DNA from: an uncultured Ignavibacteriales bacterium
GTDB lineage: Bacteria; Zixibacteria; MSB-5A5; GN15; JAAZOE01
Assembly: GCA_964549765.1 (NCBI GenBank)
Contig: CAZJWR010000009.1
Location: 15,442-79,441, forward strand
Reading direction: 5' to 3'
DNA length: 64,000 bases
The position numbers were made by a program, and so were the translations under genes. The stretch's first letter is position 1; the number at the start of each line of letters is the position of its first letter. Of the stretch, positions 53,798 to 60,199 are shown piece by piece. The notes under the pieces were generated by a model, which was not told where the DNA came from, made no database searches, and was given only the letters and a program-made list of their open reading frames with translations.

Positions 53798-54164
53798 GGC
53801 AAACGTTGAAAAGATGGTCATCGTGGCAACGCACGGATGTGAGGACCCGGAGAGGGCGTGTCTGCCATTCGTGCTGGCGAACGCTGCGCTGGCCATGGAC
53901 ACTCATGCAGTGGTTATTCTTCAGGGGACTGCGGTTACCTTGGCGAAGAAGGGCTGCTATGAGCATGTATTTGCGGCCGGTCTGCCAGCCCTTAAGGAGT
54001 TGGTTGATTCCTTCTTGGAACTCGGAGGCAGCCTCCTGGTCTGCAGCCCCTGCATTCAGGAACGACACATCACATCTGATATGTTGGTTAAGAACGCACA
54101 GCCAATAAAAGCGGCCAGGGTCGTAATGGAGCTGCTCGAGGCAAAAGCTACCTTGAGTTATTAA
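53790..54164 (+). CDS. dsrE: DsrE/DsrF-family sulfur-transfer protein
   Basis: KMVIVATHGCEDPERACLPFVLANAALAMDTHAVVILQGTAV...LLVCSPC. 8-nt overlap with the hdrB-like gene. Confidence 0.75.
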   Translation: MDEANVEKMVIVATHGCEDPERACLPFVLANAALAMDTHAVVILQGTAVTLAKKGCYEHVFAAGLPALKELVDSFLELGGSLLVCSPCIQERHITSDMLVKNAQPIKAARVVMELLEAKATLSY

Positions 54165-54181
54165 GTGCAAAGGAGTACAAA

Positions 54182-55003
54182 ATGTTTGCTATAGCTATAT
54201 CTCGAGGTTCGCTGAGCGCGGCCTCCAAACTGGCTGAAGGGCTGCAGGCAAAATGGGGCGGGACAATCGTCGCTCGCGAAGAGGTGATCAAAGCGGCCGA
54301 AGCCTTTGGGTTAGAGGAAACAGGACTTCGGGAAGAACATATCCTCGGGCAACACGCCCCCGGATTCTGGGAACGTTACGCCGACGCCCGAAAACACTAC
54401 CTGGCCTGCTTCAGGGCCGCCTTACTTGATTTCGTGCTCAAAGGATCACTGATTTACCACGGCAACCTCGCCCACATCCTTCTCAACAATATTCCTTTCG
54501 TTCTGCGGGTCAGGGTAAACGCCCCGTTCGAAAATCGGGTGAAAATGTTGGTTGCTGAACAGGGCTTGTCGGAGGCAGATGCCGTTGCGAAGATAACGGA
54601 GATTGACAAGCAGAGGAGACGTTGGGTGCAGTTTCTCTACGACGTCGACACGCGGGACCCTATCTTGTTCGATATAGTCCTCAATCTCCAAAGAATGACC
54701 ATTGACGACGCAATTGAGCTGGTCGGCTCTGAGGTGAAGAAAGACCGATTTCAGTCGAGTGAAAAATCCTTGAAGATAGTCCGCGATTTGCACCTGGCAT
54801 CGCTGGCGGAAATCGCTTTGATGCACTCTACCGATACATACGGTCTGGATCTCAGAGTACAAGCAGATGAAAGTACGGGTGAAGTTGTGATTGTCCGGGC
54901 CCCGGAGTTAACAGAGAGTGCAGTCTCCGACGACGTTATTCGAGCCGCCCTGGAAAATGTGAAGGAAATCAAGAACGTCCTAATCGGAAAGACGCCCGAC
55001 TAG
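54182..55003 (+). CDS. Cytidylate-kinase-like family protein with BON-like C-terminus (third paralog)
   Basis: AIAISRGSLSAASKLAEGLQAKWGGTIVAREEVI, YHGNLAHILL...LRVRVNAPFENRVKMLV...RRRWVQFLYDVDTRDPILFDIVLNL. C-terminus LRVQADESTGEVVIVRAPELTE...ENVKEIKNVLI. Confidence 0.7.
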   Translation: MFAIAISRGSLSAASKLAEGLQAKWGGTIVAREEVIKAAEAFGLEETGLREEHILGQHAPGFWERYADARKHYLACFRAALLDFVLKGSLIYHGNLAHILLNNIPFVLRVRVNAPFENRVKMLVAEQGLSEADAVAKITEIDKQRRRWVQFLYDVDTRDPILFDIVLNLQRMTIDDAIELVGSEVKKDRFQSSEKSLKIVRDLHLASLAEIALMHSTDTYGLDLRVQADESTGEVVIVRAPELTESAVSDDVIRAALENVKEIKNVLIGKTPD

Positions 55004-55116
55004 AACGAAGTGGCGGTCGTCACATCCGGTTACCGGTCAACACTTGCCACGGATACTGAGCTGATACGGTATCTCCTTGACGATTGGGCCATCGCCTAAA
55101 CTCCGGAGTGGGACAA

Positions 55117-56472
55117 ATGGAACATGAACAGGAAGATTCTCAGTGTGACAAGCTTGTCACCGTCGTTGACAGTATCTCCGATGGTGTTCTTGCTGTCGAC
55201 CTTGACAGGCGCATAACGTTTATGAATCAGGCTGCCGCGCGTATCTCCGGCTATTCTCCGGACGAGGCCATGGGTAAACATTGCTGGGAGGTTTTTCACA
55301 CCAACGTATGCGAAGACAGTTGCCCGCTCAAACGTGCCATGAATGGTGCGGCCTCAACCGTCAACAGGCCCGTATGTATTACTAATAAAGAGGGTAAGCG
55401 CGTCCCGGTAAGCATCTCGGCAACGCTGTTGAGGGATCGACGGGGGACAATAATAGGCGGCGTAGAGACTCTCCGAGACCTTGACCTGGTCAGGCAGTTG
55501 CAACGGGAGTATGAGTCACAGTACGTTTTTGAGGATATGATGAGCCGCAGCAAGAAGGTGAGAGATATCTTCGATATCATTCCGGCCATAGCAGAGAGCG
55601 AAAGCACGGTTCTCATTGAAGGTGAAAGCGGAACCGGAAAGGAACTTATTGCCAGGGCAATTCATAACCTCAGTCCCCGGAAAGATGGACCCTTTGTCGC
55701 GCTCAACTGCGGGGCTATTCCCGACAATCTCCTTGAGTCCGAGCTTTTTGGCTATGTAGCAGGCGCCTTTACGGATGCAAAGAAAGACAAAAAGGGGAGG
55801 TTTGCAATCGCCGCAGGAGGTACTTTGCTCCTGGATGAGATTGGCGATGTGTCTCAGGCGATGCAGGCCAAACTGCTGCGTGTACTTCAAGAAAAACTCT
55901 ATGAACCATTGGGCGCAACAGAATCTGCGGCCTCCGACGTTCGCGTATTAGCAGCGACAAACAAGAGGTTGGATGACCTTGTAGAGAAGGGTAGTTTCCG
56001 AAGAGATCTGTATTATCGCATTAACGTCATGCGCGTGCGGCTGCCTTCATTGAGGGAAAGAAGAGAAGATATCCCCCTGCTGGCCGACCACTTCGTTGAT
56101 CGATTCAACCGTCTTCACCATAAAAACGTCCCGGGGTTCTCACCTCCGGCCCTGGGGCTACTTCTGAATCATGATTTCCCCGGGAATGTCAGAGAACTGG
56201 AGAACATCGTCGAGCATGCGTCGGTGCTGTGCGGCGAAGGCATAATAAGGCCGGAACATCTTCCCGAGTATCTGAGGGGCGACCGACCGGTTCCAGCCAT
56301 AGAAATCGCAGGAACGTTTGCCGAGATGGAAGCTCTGTTCCTGATTGGAGCTTTGAAAAGGAACAATTGGTCGCGCAAAGATACTGCCGCAGAAATCGGC
56401 ATCAATCCCTCCACACTCTATAGAAAAATCAAAAAACTCGGTTTGAAACTGCCACCAAGCCAGGAACAATAA
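55117..56472 (+). CDS. Sigma-54-dependent transcriptional activator (PAS, AAA+, Fis-type HTH)
   Basis: PAS: ITFMNQAAARISGYSPDEAMGKHCWEVF. AAA+: VLIEGESGTGKELIARAIH, ESELFGYVAGAFTDA, GGTLLLDEIG, RVLAATN, FRRDLYYRI. HTH: RKDTAAEIGINPSTLYRKIKKLGL. Confidence 0.9.
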   Translation: MEHEQEDSQCDKLVTVVDSISDGVLAVDLDRRITFMNQAAARISGYSPDEAMGKHCWEVFHTNVCEDSCPLKRAMNGAASTVNRPVCITNKEGKRVPVSISATLLRDRRGTIIGGVETLRDLDLVRQLQREYESQYVFEDMMSRSKKVRDIFDIIPAIAESESTVLIEGESGTGKELIARAIHNLSPRKDGPFVALNCGAIPDNLLESELFGYVAGAFTDAKKDKKGRFAIAAGGTLLLDEIGDVSQAMQAKLLRVLQEKLYEPLGATESAASDVRVLAATNKRLDDLVEKGSFRRDLYYRINVMRVRLPSLRERREDIPLLADHFVDRFNRLHHKNVPGFSPPALGLLLNHDFPGNVRELENIVEHASVLCGEGIIRPEHLPEYLRGDRPVPAIEIAGTFAEMEALFLIGALKRNNWSRKDTAAEIGINPSTLYRKIKKLGLKLPPSQEQ

Positions 56473-56492
56473 AAGACACCGCACATCCTACC

Positions 56493-56537
56493 GTGCGAAA
56501 TTGCATATCGTCATGTTATTGGTCGTGCGTTTCTGCA
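56493..56537 (+). promoter_or_regulatory. Two copies of a GTGCG-N4-TGCA dyad-like motif (candidate enhancer/UAS for the sigma-54 activator)
   Basis: GTGCGAAATTGCA (56493-56505) and GTGCGTTTCTGCA (56525-56537). Their starts are 32 bp apart, and they lie 112-156 bp upstream of the -24 element. Confidence 0.45.
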
Positions 56538-56648
56538 CGATCGTAATATATACCCCTGATCATACGCCTCCAACACAACTTGCTTGCGCATCCATATCTG
56601 CCGACTATTCAATGAGATAGATGGCCTCAGAACCGTTGTCGATGCTGT

Positions 56649-56664
56649 TGGCACATCTTATGCA
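56649..56664 (+). promoter_or_regulatory. Sigma-54 (-24/-12) promoter
   Basis: TGGCAC-ATCTT-ATGCA versus the consensus TGGCAC-N5-TTGCA. GG to GC spacing is exact. It lies about 40 nt upstream of AAGGAG plus ATG 56705. Confidence 0.7.
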
Positions 56665-56704
56665 TGGGACCACTTCAGTGATAGTGATGAGAAAGGAGCA
56701 AGAT

Positions 56705-57058
56705 ATGATAGGACTTGATCGACTGATGGAGATTGAAGGGGTTGTCGGGGCAGGACAATTCTCCGAAGACGGACATATCATCAGACAGGTCGGCCAAATG
56801 TCCGATGACTTGATGGGAAGCGCCGAACTCTGCGTGCGCCAGAATCAGTTCAGCCAGCATTTTCTGGAGTCTCTCAATGATAAACTGCCTCGAGACTACG
56901 GATCGTTGATCGGTTGGATCATCTGGGGTAGCAAGTTCTCCGTGGTCGTTGTCGGCAACACACGAGTGTTTGTTCAGACCACCCGCGGCGACTACAATCA
57001 ACTGATGATAGACCTGACTGGTTCCGAAGCGACAGGACCGCGTCCCCTCAATTGCTAG
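56705..57058 (+). CDS. Roadblock/LC7-like small protein (DUF2173-like)
   Basis: 117 aa from an SD-preceded ATG. LDRLMEIEGVVGAGQFSEDGHIIRQVG... resembles roadblock-fold DUF2173 proteins (assigned from memory). Confidence 0.45.
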   Translation: MIGLDRLMEIEGVVGAGQFSEDGHIIRQVGQMSDDLMGSAELCVRQNQFSQHFLESLNDKLPRDYGSLIGWIIWGSKFSVVVVGNTRVFVQTTRGDYNQLMIDLTGSEATGPRPLNC

Positions 57059-57127
57059 CTACTGGCGAGGAGTAAGTGAGGTCTTTTTTGATTTGCTAAA
57101 CTGTAACGCCTTAAGGAGGTAACTGAA

Positions 57128-57319
57128 ATGACTGAAAAGAAAAAAGAAGAAGTGCAACTGGGCCATGGTGTCTACCATCCAGGCGCTCGGCCGATGGAAG
57201 TGCTCCTCGACAAGGACGGTTGCATGTGGCTCTGCGACAAAGGGGTGGACCCGAAGAAGAACTTCGAGGAACAGGGTTGCTGGCGTTGTAAAGATCTTCA
57301 GTTTACTCGCAACGACTGA
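57128..57319 (+). CDS. Small Cys-rich hypothetical protein (C-x4-C ... C-x2-C)
   Basis: Strong SD TAAGGAGGT 7 nt upstream. 63 aa with GCMWLCDKG...GCWRCKD. Confidence 0.45.
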   Translation: MTEKKKEEVQLGHGVYHPGARPMEVLLDKDGCMWLCDKGVDPKKNFEEQGCWRCKDLQFTRND

Positions 57320-57540
57320 TCCCGTATTGCTTATCATGAGTACACCACGATTCAGCAGAGAGCGAGGTCGTCGAGCCAAACGCACGGCAGCCTCGCTCAA
57401 CCAGCGGCTTAGCCTGTCCAGAGTCACCCTTGTGGTGAGCAGGCGATGTCGGCCACGAGCAGTGACGGCGTGGCAATCGGGTTGTGCCAGCGGGCAAACG
57501 TACCCGCATGCCCAACTTGAGTTGTGAGGAGATAATTAGA

Positions 57541-57975
57541 ATGAGGGTCAATTTGACGCAGATAAGTGGTCTCGCCATGGCCGCCTGCGGCGATTCCAGT
57601 CACTGGGTTACGATGGATGGACCCCGGGAGTACGGTGGCTTTTCAGCGGGATCGCGTCCCATGGAGGTATTGCTGATGGGATTGGCCGGATGTACGGCTA
57701 TGGACGTGATTTCCATTCTAAGAAAGAAAAGAGTATCGCTGGCCGGGTTCACTCTGGACGTCGAAGCATCGCAGGCGGAGCAACACCCCAAGGTATTTAC
57801 GGAAATCAGGCTTCATTACCTCTTTTCGGGGACACACATTCGCCCCAATGATGTGGAGCGGGCTATAGAGTTAAGTGAGCACAAATACTGCAGTGCAATT
57901 GCCATGCTGGAACAGAGTGTAAAGATCACTCACGATTACCAGATTGACGAGGTCAATAGCCAATCCGCAAACTGA
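57541..57975 (+). CDS. OsmC/Ohr-family peroxiredoxin-like protein
   Basis: GSRPMEVLLMGLAGCTAMDVISILRK...HKYCSAIAML carries the two conserved Cys of OsmC. GAGGAG SD before ATG 57541. Confidence 0.85.
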   Translation: MRVNLTQISGLAMAACGDSSHWVTMDGPREYGGFSAGSRPMEVLLMGLAGCTAMDVISILRKKRVSLAGFTLDVEASQAEQHPKVFTEIRLHYLFSGTHIRPNDVERAIELSEHKYCSAIAMLEQSVKITHDYQIDEVNSQSAN

Positions 57976-58180
57976 CCTGTCGAGTCGGAAAGAAACGAGT
58001 CCGCTGAGTTGTATCATGCCAAGAGACGAGCAGTTTGATAGGAGTACCAAAGAGTATGAGCACTGGTTTGAGGCGCATCGGGCTGTCTATTCTGGTTATA
58101 AGGGGAATCAAGGAAAGGGAAAGGCCGTGACAGGGTTGGAGCAAGCCGTAGCCTCGTCTTCGGTATGAGGAGAAAAGACA

Positions 58181-59164
58181 ATGTACGTCTATGGTCCGGT
58201 ACCATCCCGAAGACTCGGAGCTTCACTGGGTGTCAGTCCCATCCCAGCCAAGACGTGCTCATACACGTGTGTCTATTGTCAACTCGGTAGAACCACCAAT
58301 CTGACGGTAAGTCGATACAGCTTCTTTCCGAGGGAGGACATCCTTGGGGAAATACTGTACAAAGGCACGAAGGCGACGCTTGATTACGTCACCTTCGTCG
58401 GAGACGGGGAGCCCACTCTGTGTAAAGATCTGGGCTGGCTCATTGAGCAAACGAAGAAGAACCTGACGGCCCGAACAGCCGTAATCACCAACGGCTCCCT
58501 GCTCTTTCTCGACGATGTCAGGTTGGATCTTGGCGCCGCCGACCTAGTCATGCCTTCGCTGGATGCGGGGAATGAAAAAACCTTCAGAGCCGTCAACCGA
58601 CCACATCGCAGTATCACCTATGAGAAGATGCTGCAGGGGCTTATAGGCTTCCGTCACGAATACTCCGGACAAATATGGCTCGAGGTGATGTTGGTGAAGG
58701 GGGTGAATGATACTGAAGAGGAGTTGCGAAGTATCGCGAAGGCCGTACGTCTGGTTGCTCCCGATCGGGTGTATGTCGTCACGCCGATTCGCCCTCCGGC
58801 AGAATCTTGGGTTAAACCGCCAGCCCCCGAGACCATTATTATGGCTCAGGAGTTAATCGGGAAAACCATACCCATGGTTGGCCGGGAATCCGGTAAATTT
58901 GATTTGGAGGGTTATCGCGACGCCCGTCAGGCAATCCTAGAGATTGGCGCTCGACACCCCTTGCGGTCTGATCAAATTGCAGAAATTGAAAGTAAACTCG
59001 CTGTTTCCAGAGTAGTCGAACAAATGATTCAGAAGGGAGAACTGATCCGGACGGAATACGGTGGAATAACTTACCTACTCCCGGGGAATTTTGTCAGGGG
59101 AACGGTGAAGAGCGCAGAGAAAGGAGGAGAGGATAATGAACGCCGTAAGGGTGAACGTAAATGA
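58181..59164 (+). CDS. Radical SAM protein, unknown substrate
   Basis: CSYTCVYCQLG (CxxxCxxC) near the N-terminus. GDGEPTL and NGSLL motifs. Confidence 0.8.
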   Translation: MYVYGPVPSRRLGASLGVSPIPAKTCSYTCVYCQLGRTTNLTVSRYSFFPREDILGEILYKGTKATLDYVTFVGDGEPTLCKDLGWLIEQTKKNLTARTAVITNGSLLFLDDVRLDLGAADLVMPSLDAGNEKTFRAVNRPHRSITYEKMLQGLIGFRHEYSGQIWLEVMLVKGVNDTEEELRSIAKAVRLVAPDRVYVVTPIRPPAESWVKPPAPETIIMAQELIGKTIPMVGRESGKFDLEGYRDARQAILEIGARHPLRSDQIAEIESKLAVSRVVEQMIQKGELIRTEYGGITYLLPGNFVRGTVKSAEKGGEDNERRKGERK

Positions 59165-59471
59165 TCTGGAATGGAGCGGAGCCGCAGAATACCCAACTGG
59201 AACCGAGGAAAAGGTACTCAGTATAGGGGGCAACATCGCACCCCGAGCCATTATGCTCAAGTTGCCCCCGGGATGGAGAATGGACAGTCATTCTCACCGG
59301 TTCACGGAACTCCATTATGTGCTCGAGGGCCAAGTTGAGAGTCAGGGACAGAAATACGCGGCCGGAACTTTCCGGGTGATCCCGAAAGAAGTCGAACATG
59401 GGCCATACAGCTCAGAAACAGGCGCTATCGTACTGGTGATCTGGTGCTCTTTAACCGAAGGGGGACAATGA
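59136..59471 (+). CDS. Cupin-domain protein
   Basis: HSHRFTELHYVLEGQ...PKEVEHGP (cupin motifs 1 and 2). AAGGAGGAG SD. 29-nt overlap with the radical SAM gene. Confidence 0.7.
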   Translation: MNAVRVNVNDLEWSGAAEYPTGTEEKVLSIGGNIAPRAIMLKLPPGWRMDSHSHRFTELHYVLEGQVESQGQKYAAGTFRVIPKEVEHGPYSSETGAIVLVIWCSLTEGGQ

Positions 59472-59669
59472 GGGAAACAAGACTGACGGACAAAATGCGC
59501 CTTGGTCAAGTCCAGTTTGACGATCTTCTTCCTGGTGGTTTGCCAAGTCGCTCCTCTACTACTAATAGTTGCCTTGTAAATCCATTGATAAGTGCTGTCA
59601 TATTAGCTGCATGGCTGTTGCGCGGAGGGAGTGATCTGTCCCGGCTATCGTCAAGCGCTAATGCCTTAA

Positions 59670-59687
59670 AATGCCGGAGGTCGGGAC
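59670..59687 (+). repeat. Copy B of the 18-nt direct repeat AATGCCGGAGGTCGGGAC
   Basis: Exact match to 46105-46122. It is preceded by a local duplication, ctAATGCCttaaAATGCC. Confidence 0.6.
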
Positions 59688-60199
59688 GGGAACATAACAG
59701 ACAAAATGACCGCTGGGTGGTTCTTCATGCCATTTAACAGGATAGGGTAGACATAGAAGGACCGGAACCCCGTCAAGATATATTAGGGTTACCCTCTAGG
59801 GGATCAGATATGGACCGGCAACTCCCCGGGTGCCACCCATTTCTACAAGATCCTAATGAGATTCTATCTCGTTTTCAAACCTAATCTACTAACGACCGAA
59901 TGTAGAGCAATCTCGGACGAGGCCATTTCCCGGCCAATATTATTCCCGGCATCCCATCGGGGTATAGGACCCTCCCAGTGTCGCCAGGTGTTTTTTTTGT
60001 TGACAACGGTGTCGATTTTTAATCGTTTAGCAAATATAGATGTCCAGAATAACGAGATGATTTAATCGCTCTCGGTTATATGTGGCGCACGGAGTGTTTT
60101 TATGGGCATGGGCAATGTGGAAAGGAGCACAGTGTATAGCATCTTTGATATTGACCAGTCGACAATTTTATAACCCCTACGCTACGCAGGAGGATGCAG

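Noticed and set aside
57470-57485. Sigma-54-like motif TGGCAA-TCGGG-TTGTG upstream of the OsmC gene
   Set aside because: Spacing is right, but the -12 element is TTGT rather than TTGC and the -24 element is imperfect. That is too weak to call without a PWM score.
46510-59471. Calling the ArsR-to-cupin block a horizontally acquired genomic island
   Set aside because: No integrase, transposase or intact tRNA lies at either edge. My impression of a lower GC3 is not computed, and spot counts of 60-nt samples overlapped the flanks (52-60 % versus 55-65 %). It is left as a hypothesis inside the repeat finding only.
59444-59737. ORF 59444..59737 + (97 aa) after the cupin gene
   Set aside because: It overlaps the cupin 3' end, has no SD and is Arg/Ser/Leu-rich. 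It spans the non-coding repeat copy B.
59472-60199. Cobalamin or TPP riboswitch upstream of the TonB-dependent receptor
   Set aside because: I could find neither a B12-box-like element nor the CUGAGA / ACCUGAUCUGGAUAAUGCCAGCG core of TPP elements. The region is kept only as an unexplained long leader.
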